Positions 1 through 11,929 of a stretch of DNA of 64,000 nucleotides are shown here, in pieces (position 1 is the first letter of the stretch; each line of letters opens with the position of its first letter). This stretch comes from Adineta vaga (Eukaryota; Animalia; Rotifera), in the NCBI GenBank assembly GCA_021613535.1, contig CP075496.1:4712001-4776000 (forward strand). Reading direction: 5' to 3'. The notes beneath the pieces are model-generated. The model was not told the origin of the DNA. It did no database searches and saw only the letters and a program-made list of their open reading frames with translations. The translations under genes and the position numbers were made by a program.

Positions 1-1622
1 TTTGTTCAATATACAAGACAAACGAACGTGTTCGATCTGATGAAAGAAAGAATTTAGTTCATGTCAGTAGCCAGCGGACATTGGACAGAGAAAAAAAAGC
101 GGTACAATGAGAAGAGCTTTTTAGTCATATTTGAACATCAGACATGTACATAGAAAGAGAAAATGATGGAGAAAAAAATGAGCTTGATACTCAAAACTGT
201 TTATCGAATGGATTAAATGCAGACATAGGAGTAGTAGTGAGACGTTGAGATAGACTCTTTATTGAAGATTTTTTTCTCTTTCTTTCTTTCTTTCTTTACA
301 TATTTGAAAAAATAACCTTCGAACTTGTTCCCTTCGCTTCTGTTCAAAAGGCTTCAATCATTTATTTTCGTTAAAGAGACCGTAAGCGAAGTAATATGTT
401 GTGTGTGATTGAACGAAGAAAGAGAACAAAAAAATGAACTTCATTCTTTCTTGCTTTTTTTACATTAATACTGAATAAAAAGACAGTTTGAAATTACTTT
501 TTCTTATGAACCAATGGTTCATTTAATCATAAACATTATCTTCTAACATTAAACAAAACTCATTGAAATTAGTTTGTATATAATGAACTCTTTGAAAAAC
601 TTTATTATTATTTGATAGATCGTACTATAGTAACATATGATTGACATCAGATGTTTCAGTCTATGAACAAAAAATATTTGAAATTGTTTTGATTTCATGC
701 AATACGAAAGATCAAGGTTCATTCAGATGATGTTATTATTAACGAGTAAAAGGCGATTGTCATTATCATGAAGATCTTTTCTCTTTCATCTGACGATCGA
801 TCGATCGATTGATATAAATATATACTTTTTTTGGCTGTACAATTGATGTCCAACTCTTCTATCTTAACTAAAGAATAATACAGAGAAAAAGGAAAGAAAA
901 AGGCATCTTCATCTATTGTATTGAACATGAGAAGACGGAAAGAAGAAGAAAAAAATCATCATAATTCGGGTCGTTCTCTTTCGGTAGACATTTCTGCGAT
1001 ATTTATTTTATATACACATTAGACTCATGACTCACATCGGTGAAGAGTGTATATAGCAAAAAAAAACTCTTCATAGTACAGTCGAAAAAGAAGAAAGAAA
1101 AGAAAAAAATGGCGTCGTCATCGTTCATCGTCGACCGATGGTCAAGTCGCCCCGGCGAGAAATACAATTAGACAAATGTATGCATGCCCATATGTATATG
1201 TACAAAAAAAAAATCTAAACGAGTCCTATGTGAGAGCATATATATTCTTTCATTTATGAAGAAGGAAAAGAAAAGGAAAAGATGTTGTTCTTCTTTTCTG
1301 CTTTGCGCGCCGTCGCGTCCAGCTCGAAAAAGCCATTTCTGAACCTGCCATTACTATACAAAAAGAAAGAAGAGAGAGAGAGAAAGAGAAGAAGACGAAG
1401 AAAAAGAAGTCTTGCTTGTACACGAACTAAGAGAGGAAAAAAGAGAATATAAGCACGAGAAAGAGAGAGAAAAAGAGCGATCACAAAAACAAATGAGAGA
1501 GAGAGGACACGACGACGAACAAAAACACACACGCCACCCATGAACGGGGCTAGATCATTGTGTATATATCATTTTAGAAGAGAAATTGCACGTTTTATCT
1601 GACATTTTTTTAGAATTCAAAT

Positions 1623-4460
1623 ATGCAACATACATCTCCAACGTCTTCAACATTAATAGAAAATTTTCAAATTTTGCCCAGATCAACTACAACAATAGCC
1701 GATATTTCGACATCAAATGACACACATTATTCATCACTTTTACTAAAGAAAAAATTAGCTATGTTTGATAATGCATCAAAAAATCCCACAACAGATGTCA
1801 GTCTCTCAAATGATACGATTACGACTCCTGTTTCCGTAAGTTCTACTTATAGGTATTTTTTCTTGATTAAAAATATGTTTGTTCTTTTAAGTTAATCAAA
1901 CCATCTAGTACAACTTTATCAATTAATGAGAATGAACCTGTCAAAAGTGCCAGTCGAGTAAGAACAAATAAGACAAACAAGATAATGAATAATATATCTT
2001 TTCTTCTAACTAGCGCCGTAAACCACTTCGACCTTGGTCATTATCGGCACGTGGTGAAAGACCAAATTCGGTACCGTATATAATAAAATAATGACAATTC
2101 ATATGCCCGTTTGTTTCCTCTAGAATCATGATATCAGTCATTCAATTGAACCAATTAGTGACGATGACGATAACAATAATAATAATAATAATAATGATAA
2201 TCAAATGGTAAGACGTTTGCATTTTTAGATTTTAAAATATAACTATTATATTTTGCAGGAAATGAAATATTCACCTGTGACTCATGAAACAATAAATAGT
2301 AATCATGAAGAAAGTGATGAGCACGAAATTGAATGGCCAAAATGTTTATCAACAATTGAAGAAATTCTTAAATTATATCGTGTAGAAACGAATGGTTTAG
2401 TACAATGTATTCGATGTGGTTCAACTGCTAATCAGGATAATTTACTTGAACATGTATCTATTCATTATCCATATAAATGTTATTCATGCGGGTAAATAAC
2501 GATTTTTCTTAGAGAATAATCTAAAATTTCGAGATATTTTACATTCAGAATTTCTATCAGTTTTTTGGTAAGAAAGATTCTAGCTGTTGTCCGTCTTGTT
2601 GAGTTTTTTTGTTTTTATAATCGTTTCGTTCGAAAAAGAACATCATAACAACATATACTTTTGATTAGATTTTATTGCGATTCATCTTCGAGTCTTGATG
2701 ATCATAATCGAACGCATTCACCAAATACTTTTGCAAAATTAACATCAGAACAGCTCTCACTTCCATCCATTCTTGCTTCAACTTCAATTAAATCATCTGA
2801 ATCATTGAATGGTTTAACAACGAATAACAACAGTGAAAAATCGACTCCACCTAGTAAAGCGAAAGTTCATCGATGTCGACAATGTTCATTTGTTTCCAGT
2901 GTTAAAGTATGCTGTATATCTTCACAAAATCTTTATTGTTTCTTTTTTGTCGACTATTTTAGGAAGATTATTGGGCACATCATCGAGTACATATACGAGC
3001 TGATAAGATACTTGAATGTCCAAGTTGTCCATTCGTTACTGAATACAAACATCATCTTGAATATCATTTACGTAATCATCTTGGTTCTAAGCCATTTAAA
3101 TGTTCAAAGTAAATTTTAAAATTGAAGAGAAAAAAAGTTCGTTTATTTTTTATTTGTATCTTTTCAGATGTGATTATGCATGTGTTAATTTATCAATGTT
3201 ACGTTCACATAAAAAATCACATTATCGTCATCTTTTATTTAAATGTTCAAATTGTTCATTCGAATCTAAACAGTATCAAGCATTACAAGAACATCTTCAA
3301 ATCGAAGGACATGAACCATATGTTGATGAAAATATCGAAGAATTTCTTAAAGAATATTCAAATGGAATTATTAGCAATAATACGAATAGTAATTCACCAC
3401 CACCAACAATGACTACAGGATCAACAACAATGACTACAGGATCAACAACAAAAAATCATAGTCGTCCGCCAGCATCGAAAAAACGAAAAACAGCTCCAAC
3501 AGCAACTGCACCTGCAGTTAAACGTACATCATCAACATCATCGATTGGTTCATCAGCTGCAGCTATGTCACCAATATCGAATGATGAACATCAAACAGAT
3601 TCAATGAATCAAACAACAATGTCAATGCCATCTGTTGTACCATCAACACCATTAGTTTGTACTTTATGCGATTATGTAGCTGTATCGAAAGAAGGTCTCG
3701 GTGTACATTTATTTCAACATGCATGTAAAAAAAGTGATCTTCTAAATCGATCGTTATTAGCAAGTGCAACGGTTGATCCAGCAACAAAATTAATGGAATT
3801 ATTCAATGGCAAAATTGGACCATTCAATAATGGACAGGTATTGATTCGAAAACAAATATAGATGTGAGAAGAAAAGATAAACAAGGACATTTGTTTTCTC
3901 TATTCTAGCTCAATGACTTCATCGCTCCGTATCAACAATTTCTTACACAACAAATTCAATCGCATTTATCATCTGCTGGTTCATTATCTTCGACACCCAC
4001 TGGTATTCCTTCCTATCATCTTGATAATAATAACAATCATGCTCCACCTCCACCTTCCTTACTCAATGGTAGTTATTCCTTATTATCATCATGTATTAAA
4101 GCCGAATCAAACGAAAATCATCTTCCATTATCAAAAAGTAATGAAACTAATTTAAAACGACAACGAAAAGAACAAGTCTCATCATTAAAATATTCGTCAG
4201 ATGGTAGTAATGATAGTCATTCAATTGAATTAATCAATCGTCATGATCAACAAACTCAAGTCGATGAATGTCAAATCAAACGTTTATTTGAATGTTTTCA
4301 TTGTGAAATTATTTTCAAAGATTTTGCTATGTATTGTACACATAAACAATTACATTATTCTCCAGATAATCCATTTCGTTGTGCTCAATGTGGTGAACAA
4401 AAAGCGAATAAATACGATTTTTTTGTACATGTTGCTCAACAAGCTCATGAATTAACCTGA
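1623..4460 (+). CDS. hb: Hunchback C2H2 zinc-finger transcription factor (multi-exon, 9 fingers)
   Basis: Spliced translation gives the diagnostic [45 protein letters not shown]. It also has two N-terminal fingers, an extra finger (CTLCDY...HLFQH) and the C-terminal pair CFHCEIIFKDFAMYCTHKQLH / CAQCGEQKANKYDFFVHVAQQAH. Nine exons with GT-AG introns; stop TGA at 4458-4460. Confidence 0.93.
3404..3451 (+). repeat. 21-bp in-frame tandem duplication in hb (TMTTGST x2)
   Basis: caacaatgactacaggatcaa occurs twice, followed by a partial third copy. Confidence 0.9.
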
Positions 4461-4692
4461 TCAAAAACAAGACAACGTTTCTTTTTTGGCATTTATTTCT
4501 TTTCTTTTCTTTTTTCTTTCTGGTTTGTACATTTCTTCTTTTCTTTTCTTCTGTTGCTGTTGATTTTCATTTTTCTCCTCTTTGTTTTGTTTTGGGTTTT
4601 TTTTCTTCTTTATTTGCCATGACATTCAAAAGAACAAAAAATACATATACGGATGTAAAAAGAAGCCCTTTTAATTAATTAATTTTTTAAAT

Positions 4693-5313
4693 TCAAGAAA
4701 AAACATCCTTTCGATAGTCACCATATGTATTTAAAAGTTCTTCATCAAGCATATGTGTTGTAAGTTCTTTGTCTGAAACTACATTGAAACGTTGTTGAAA
4801 ATCTTCTAGAAGTTTACCGATTTCAATATGATGTTCCAGAAGATGAGATTCAAGATAATCTTGAACATTTGCATCACTAACACTTGCTGCAACTGCATGA
4901 CATCGTTCAACATTTTTCAATGCTAGGTTGTTTAGGTTTTGAGCTGCATGTAAACTATTATGAACGATAGTCATATTCATTATTGAATCATCGATATCAA
5001 CACTATTGCCGTTAAATAATTCATCCACATTAAATTGACGTAAAACTAAAAATTTGACGACATCATGAGCTTTTGATACATCTTTATCACTTAGTGTCAT
5101 ATATAGACTTGAAAAACCAGGAAAAGCTTGTTTTGTACCAACTTTTGAAGATAATTGAAGATAATTATACGAGTTCGTAAGTTCTCGTGTAACAAGATTT
5201 CTCAGACATTTTTCAATTGTATTATCATCAGCATCATCATCTGAATTGGATGATGATAGTTGAATAATAGATAGAAATACTACCATGCAAGTAAGACCAA
5301 AGGTTATATGCAT
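4693..5313 (-). CDS. Secreted ferritin-like subunit, light-chain-homologue type (intronless)
   Basis: Hydrophobic N-terminal signal peptide. Ferritin helix patterns RELTNSYNYLQL, FPGFSSLY, DANVQDYLESHLLEHH and MLDEEL. Confidence 0.85.
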   Translation of the reverse strand: MHITFGLTCMVVFLSIIQLSSSNSDDDADDNTIEKCLRNLVTRELTNSYNYLQLSSKVGTKQAFPGFSSLYMTLSDKDVSKAHDVVKFLVLRQFNVDELFNGNSVDIDDSIMNMTIVHNSLHAAQNLNNLALKNVERCHAVAASVSDANVQDYLESHLLEHHIEIGKLLEDFQQRFNVVSDKELTTHMLDEELLNTYGDYRKDVFS

Positions 5314-5968
5314 TGTTGCTGATATTCAGTGTAACGGAGATGTGATGAAATGATTGTGTGTGTTTTAATGTAATGTGACCATAAAGACAGATGATACTGA
5401 TAAGACGACTGATAACGAATTTTGTTGTTTTTTCTTCAAAACATAGATTATGCTACCTATTTCGAAATGTCCACTGCAAACAACACACATCTATTGAATG
5501 GATCACATACGCAAAGACAATCTGTTTGATTTTCTTCAATTTAGATTAAGTAGAAGTAGAATGAAGAAATTCTTCGATACTTGAAACAACTGATTTAAAA
5601 AGTTGTAATGTTTATTCTACTTAAAATTGTCTCAAGATGAGAATTCTTCGAATCTATCTCTTCAGTCGTTTCGTTTGAAACCTGTCAGTTTTCATCATTC
5701 ATTCATATAACCGAGTCGACACTTCTCTCAGATTAACAATTTAACTTTGTCAACAATATGTCTATACTTTACTCCCCCTTTTCTTGCTCTTCTTTCGTTC
5801 GTTCTCTCGTTACCAATGAGTACTTTTGTTGATTTTTCTTCAATACCAGGCAAAATCAAGTGCAGTGCAGTCTCTCATTGACCGTGAAAGTTTTTTCACT
5901 CTCAACAACTGTTATCGATCGGAAAATAGGGAAGAAAATTAGAACAATATTCATCACGAAAAACAGGC

Positions 5969-8908
5969 ATGAACAAAACTCAAATTGCAGCTTCTTCCAA
6001 TACAAATGATGAAAAGAAGACGTCAAATTTTTCTCGATTTCATCAATATCCTCGTGTAACACAAAATTTTGTTCTCGTTTGGTTAGATCCAAATATGGGT
6101 GATAGTATTGATGATGAACATCGTGATATTCTCAATCAAGTTCGATCAATTATCAATTCTATTGAAATTTTTAGTGATGTTAATGAATGTGTGAAATTTT
6201 TACATGGAATAAAACGTGAAAAAATCTTTATGATTGTTTCTGGTATACTTGGTCAATGCACTGTTTCTCATATTCATGATATGGTCAAATTAGATTCGAT
6301 CTTTGTCTTTTGTGGTTCGAAATCGAAACATGAACAATGGACACAGAAATGGACGAAAATTAAAGGTGTTTTCACTCAAATTGCTCCAATATGCGTACTA
6401 TTAAAACAAACAGTTCAAAAATATGAACAAAATTCTGTTTCATTAAGTTTTGTTGCTCCAACGGATATATCCGATCAGAATCTTGATCAATTGGATCAAT
6501 CATTTATGTATACACAGATTTTAAAAGAAATTCTTTTGGATATTGAATATGATGATCAAACGAGGAAAGATTTTCATTCTTTTTGTCGAAATCAATATGC
6601 TTATGATGCAAATGAATTGCTTTTTCTCAAAGAATTCGAAGAAAATTATCGATTACATTCACCAATCTTTTGGTATACACATCCAGGTTGTATTTATGCC
6701 ATGCTTAATCGTGCTCTACGTACACATGAAGTCGATACAATTATTAAAATGGGATTTTTCATTCAAGATTTATATAAAGAAATTGAGAAACTTTATAGAA
6801 ATCAAACGATTGGACAAGAAAAACATTCGTTTATTGTTTATCGTGGACAAGGTTTATTCAATGAAGATTTTGAAAAATTATTAGAAGCTAAAGGTGGATT
6901 GATGTCTTTCAATAATTTTCTTTCCACTAGTAAAAAACGTGAAGTATCACTAGAATTTGCTCAAGATGCAATGAATGATATTGATTTAGTTGGTGTTCTC
7001 TTTAAAATGGTTATCGATCCATCGGAATTAGCAACACCATATGCATCAATTGACGATGCTGAATGTTTTTTTAAAAATGAAGAGGAAATTCTCTTCTCTA
7101 TGCATACGGTTTTTCGTATTGGTGAAATCAAACAAATTCAGAAAAATAATCGACTCTATCAAGTTATATTAACATTGACGAATAGTAAAAATAAACAATT
7201 GAATGCTCTAACAGAATTACTTCGTGAAGAAACTTATGGATCAACTGGTTGGCATCGTTTAGGAATGTTATTAATTAAATTAGGTAAATATGACAAAGCT
7301 GAACAAGTCTATCGAACATTATTCGAACAGATAAATGAGGATAGTGAAAAAGCATTATTAGTTCATCAACTTGGATTAATTAAGCGTAATCAAGGAAATT
7401 ATTTAGAAGCACTGACATTTTATCAACAAGCATTTGATATCTATCAAAAGATTCGACCTGAAGATAGTATAGATTTAGCTACGACATACAATAATATTGG
7501 TCAAGTACAAAATAATATGGGCAATTATACGGAAGCACTTTCATATTACGAAAAATCAATGAGAATCTATGAAAAGATTTTACCAGAAGATCACCCATCG
7601 TTAGCCATATCATATAACAATATTGGTTTAGTTTATAAAAATCTTGGTGACTATAATCAAGCACTTAAATCTCATAAGAAAGCTTTAGAAATTGAAGAAA
7701 AGATTCTTCCATCCAATCATCCATCTCTAGCGACTTCGTATAAAAATCTTGGATTAGTTTATAAAAGTATGGGTGAGTATTCCAAAGCATTGTTATTCCT
7801 TGAGAAAGCCTTAGAAATCGAACAAACAACATTACCAGACAATCATCCATCGCTCGCCATTTCATACAATAATATCGGCCTGATCTATGATGATATGGGT
7901 GAATATTCCAAAGCACTTTCATCTTATGAAAAAACACTTGAAATTTATCAAAAAATTCTTCCATCGAAACATCCTGACTTTGCGATGTCGTTTAATAATA
8001 TTGGTTCTGTATATAAACAGTTAGGTGAATATGAAAAGGCATTGATTTTTTATAAGAAAACATTAGATATTGAGAAAAAATCTCTTCCACCTGATCATCC
8101 ATCTCTCACGATTTCCTACAGTAATATCGGAATGGTTTATGATAATATGGGACAATATTCTCAGGCGATTTCTTCTCATGACGAAGCATTGCGTATATGT
8201 CAAAAAACTCTTTCAAATGAACATCCAATGTTAGCAATTATATATAATAATATCGGTTCTGTCCATGATAATATGGGTGATTATGAAACTGCATTGACTT
8301 ATTATCAAAAAACATTAGAAATTGAACGAAATATTCTTCAAATAAATCATCCTGATTTAGCGACAACATATAATAATATTGGTTTAGTATATGATAATTT
8401 AGGAGATTATATACAAGCACTTTCTTCACATGAGAAAGCACTTGAAATCTATCAGAAAACACTGCCTTCAAATCATCCAGATCTTGCTAATTCATATAAT
8501 AATATTGGTTTAACATATGAAAAAATGGATCAATATCAAAAAGCACTTTTCTTCTACGAAAAAGTTTTAGAAATTCGACAACGAACTTTATCATCGAATC
8601 ATTTGGATTTAATTGCATGCTATGGAAATATTTGTCAATTGTATGAAACTATGGGTGAACATTCGAAAGCATTAGCATTTTATGAACAATTTCTTCGAGC
8701 ACAAGGAAAAATTGATGGTGATAATCATTCTAATTTATCAACGGTTTATACCAATATTGATCGAATCTTTGATGGTAAAGGAGATTTATCGAAAACATCC
8801 TCATTTGAACCGATCGTTTTTGCAAAACCAAATCTATTTGGTGAAAAACCATTTCGTTTAACAAATTTTCGAAAGAAATTAGAAAAGATTCGACAGAAAA
8901 CATCATGA
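5969..8908 (+). CDS. Receiver-like domain + R-S-E clade ADP-ribosyltransferase + TPR repeat protein (979 aa, intronless)
   Basis: ART motifs FWYT, YAMLNRALR, VYRGQ, FLSTS and EEEILF. About 12 42-aa TPRs (HPxLAxSYNNIG...YxKALxxYEKALEI). The N-terminal LVWLD...IFMIVSG alpha/beta segment resembles a receiver fold (inference). Confidence 0.88.
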   Translation: MNKTQIAASSNTNDEKKTSNFSRFHQYPRVTQNFVLVWLDPNMGDSIDDEHRDILNQVRSIINSIEIFSDVNECVKFLHGIKREKIFMIVSGILGQCTVSHIHDMVKLDSIFVFCGSKSKHEQWTQKWTKIKGVFTQIAPICVLLKQTVQKYEQNSVSLSFVAPTDISDQNLDQLDQSFMYTQILKEILLDIEYDDQTRKDFHSFCRNQYAYDANELLFLKEFEENYRLHSPIFWYTHPGCIYAMLNRALRTHEVDTIIKMGFFIQDLYKEIEKLYRNQTIGQEKHSFIVYRGQGLFNEDFEKLLEAKGGLMSFNNFLSTSKKREVSLEFAQDAMNDIDLVGVLFKMVIDPSELATPYASIDDAECFFKNEEEILFSMHTVFRIGEIKQIQKNNRLYQVILTLTNSKNKQLNALTELLREETYGSTGWHRLGMLLIKLGKYDKAEQVYRTLFEQINEDSEKALLVHQLGLIKRNQGNYLEALTFYQQAFDIYQKIRPEDSIDLATTYNNIGQVQNNMGNYTEALSYYEKSMRIYEKILPEDHPSLAISYNNIGLVYKNLGDYNQALKSHKKALEIEEKILPSNHPSLATSYKNLGLVYKSMGEYSKALLFLEKALEIEQTTLPDNHPSLAISYNNIGLIYDDMGEYSKALSSYEKTLEIYQKILPSKHPDFAMSFNNIGSVYKQLGEYEKALIFYKKTLDIEKKSLPPDHPSLTISYSNIGMVYDNMGQYSQAISSHDEALRICQKTLSNEHPMLAIIYNNIGSVHDNMGDYETALTYYQKTLEIERNILQINHPDLATTYNNIGLVYDNLGDYIQALSSHEKALEIYQKTLPSNHPDLANSYNNIGLTYEKMDQYQKALFFYEKVLEIRQRTLSSNHLDLIACYGNICQLYETMGEHSKALAFYEQFLRAQGKIDGDNHSNLSTVYTNIDRIFDGKGDLSKTSSFEPIVFAKPNLFGEKPFRLTNFRKKLEKIRQKTS
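7240..8790 (+). repeat. 126-bp-period coding repeat array (42-aa TPRs)
   Basis: YNNIG-type motif recurs at 42-codon spacing; boundaries approximate. Confidence 0.85.
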
Positions 8909-9977
8909 CAAACAAACTCTTTTAAAATACTCATTTTTTTCTATATATTGTTTTTCTTAAAGTCATATATATTTACATTGTACTTCTATAATTGACGATA
9001 TAAATAAATTATTTTGTAATTAACTATCATGTAATTGCATTCAATCATTGAATTACAAGACTGAAAGTTAACAAAGATTGATCAATGAAAAAATTCTTGC
9101 GCTACGAAATCTTCAAAATCTTACCTGCTAGTTAAATCTAATTTCGAATAAGACAATTCCACCTAATAATTTTGCTCTTGTTGAAACTAAACAAACTTCA
9201 GAGCTGATAAACCAATAAATGAGCGTTATGCCTTGCAGAAGTAACTATCAAGTTATAATCTTAATTTGAAAAGAATGTGTGCTTATTGTTGATGTCTTCT
9301 TACTGAGCATAAAGAAATGTGTGTGTCGGCAATTTGTTTATCTTTCCACCTCTCTTCTGCTCACCGGTAGGTCAATTAGATTATGAACGATTTCTATAAG
9401 TTACATCGATGACAATATTTTTTGAAACGATTAAAGAATTCTAATTGAACAACAAATAAAATATTCATTATATTGATCCTCACACCTTTTACAATTGATC
9501 GATAAGCATCAAATAATTATCAATATAGACTTCTATTTAGTTTTACTGTTGAGAAAGAAATCGAAATTCACAGATCTCTTCATACTTCTATGGTTACATG
9601 ACGATCATCTTGATTCGTTTCGAGTGTCTTTTCCCATTTAGCTATTACATGCTTGCTTACTTGATTGATTGATTGATTACATGATTAGTCATGTATAACG
9701 TTGTGTTTTTTTTCTCTCGTCTGTATTTATCGTTGCCATATGTAGATCTTCACACTTCTATGATATCAATTCACAATGTAACATATTCGTAAATAATAGT
9801 TTGTTTTTAAACATAATCAATCAAGAAAAATCGCTTTGAAAATCATGGAAAGATTCAATTGAATATTGACGAAACTTTTACTAAATAACGAAGTTTTATC
9901 TTGGATTTGGAAAGATAATAATTCGACTAATCCATATTGAAAAATAACAATTTAGCTGTTGTTTCCAATGAGTCCAT

Positions 9978-10126
9978 CAATTAGTCGCCTATAGTGTTAT
10001 TATTTAACCAATTAGTGTAAATCAATTAGCGTATCAAATAGGCTTGACATTTTTCTCCTCTTCTAATCTATCAATTGATTTCAGCCAATAGAACGCACAT
10101 TGTTCTCTTCATCATCTTCCTATTGG
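9978..10126 (+). promoter_or_regulatory. Homeobox gene promoter: three CAATTAG sites and two inverted CCAAT boxes
   Basis: CAATTAG at 9978, 10009 and 10023; agCCAATag at 10085 and ctATTGGtt at 10122. All lie within ~270 bp upstream of the ATG at 10242. Confidence 0.5.
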
Positions 10127-10241
10127 TTAGAACGAACGAGAGAGAAAAGAAATTCATCATGTACAAATAGATTTTGCATCTGGTGCAATTCCATCATTCT
10201 ACTGACAACATTTCTTCTATTCACTTCAACTTATTCTGATC

Positions 10242-11192
10242 ATGGAAGACGATCGCAGTATTAGTCCATCAAGTAGTGCTTCAAGTCATGATGAACATGA
10301 ATTGGATGTACCAGAAATTCGGGTTTATCAACCACCATTCAAGTAAGTCATTCAGTTATTCGATGAAAACTCATCTAGTTTTTCCATTCTTCTAGTCCAC
10401 TTTGGTTTCCATTTACACCCATACGAAATTCACCAATGTTTAATTCAATGTCATTTCAACAACCTATACGTTCAGCAACACCAATTGTTCGACATAATTT
10501 CAAGAGTATCGATGAACTTCTTTCTCCTCTTCCTAATTCTTTTTCTTCTACCCCCTCTCAAAGAAATGGTAAGATTATTTTATATATTCATTTTCTCTAT
10601 TTAGAACGACGTCAGTAAGTAAACTAAAGTAACAACAAACATTTTCTTAGTTTTACCAAGATTTTTCTTCGAATTTATTCTTATTCTATTCTTCAATTTA
10701 GATGATACTGGCTACAGTTCACAATTATTATCTGGTTCTTTACTTTCATTACGACAAAGTCGTGAATCTATTGATTCACAAGAAAATGAAGATGATATTG
10801 AGAATATTAAACCAGCAAGTGCATCATCACCTATTGTCAATGTTACAAAAGCAAATGATGAATCGGTAAGTTTTTGAAACAAAAAGAAAAATATTTCATC
10901 AACATTAATTTGGTTTTCTAAGAAAAATACTAAATCCAAAAAAATTCGTACTGCTTTTACGGATCATCAAAAATTGAGTCTTGATCGATTCTATGCTACG
11001 AATCGTTATCCTGATCCGACACAAATGGAAACATTATCACGTTTACTATCACTAGAAGAAAAAGTTATCCGTGTTTGGTTTCAAAATAAACGATCACGAG
11101 AAAAAACTCATCCACGAAACCAATTATCTAATCCAACTGGATCAATGGCAATGTGGCAACAATTTTCATTATCAACAAATTTTCCACAATGA
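10242..11192 (+). CDS. Divergent Q50 homeodomain transcription factor (4 exons)
   Basis: Homeodomain SKKIRTAFTDHQKLSLDRFYATNRYPDPTQMETLSRLLSLEEKVIRVWFQNKRSREK. Three upstream exons join in frame via GT-AG. eh1-like FKSIDELL in exon 2. Confidence 0.85.
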
Positions 11193-11929
11193 ACGTTGAA
11201 AGATAGACAGAGTTCTTCGTCTTGTTTTTTTTTTATTTTATGTTCGCAGTATATTGTGTATAGTGTTATTCTTGTTTAATAAACAGACTGAAAAAAAAAG
11301 AAGAAGAATTATTCAATTTTCGTATCGAATCAAGTGATGATTGATATAGCTGTGAATAGACAATTGTCAATGAGTAAGAAGAAGAAATCACTCAAAATGA
11401 GTGAATTGTTTTCAAACAGATGTTTTGTTCCACTCACTCATTTCTTTTTGCTGATACAGAAATAAACTTGAACAAAATTGTTCATTTATTCACAGATGTT
11501 TTCCTCTAGTATGAACTCGTGATTCATTCACTAGTTCCATTCGAGATAAAATTCTGTCGAATAAAAATGTGGATAAAGTGTAGCATATAAAATAAATATC
11601 TGCGAACAATACTGAATAAACATTTTAATTGAATTCTTTGCTGTATAGTTATATTTGTGTTCATGTATTCAAAGAAAGATATTTTTAGCTTACTCATACA
11701 AACAGCAAGAAATCTTATCAGTGTTTTCCGATAGAGAACTTTTATTTTAGATGCTAAATTAAAATAAATAATTATGTTTTAGATTATAACAAAGTTAAAA
11801 ATGTTAAATCTTAGTTAAAAGCCAATACTAACTAAAAATATTCAATTTCAAAACTATTGAAATTACTACATTCTGATAAGTATAAAAAAGAAAGATGAGA
11901 AAAATTATTCATGATTAAATTGATTGAGT

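Noticed and set aside
4461-4692. Nanos/Pumilio response element in the hb 3'UTR
   Set aside because: Only tgtacatt (~4526), one mismatch from UGUANAUA, with no paired box A/box B; not distinguishable from chance in U-rich sequence.
5326-5332. CAGTGT (IRE loop) just upstream of the ferritin ATG
   Set aside because: It is on the strand antisense to the ferritin mRNA and has no flanking 5-bp stem or bulged C.
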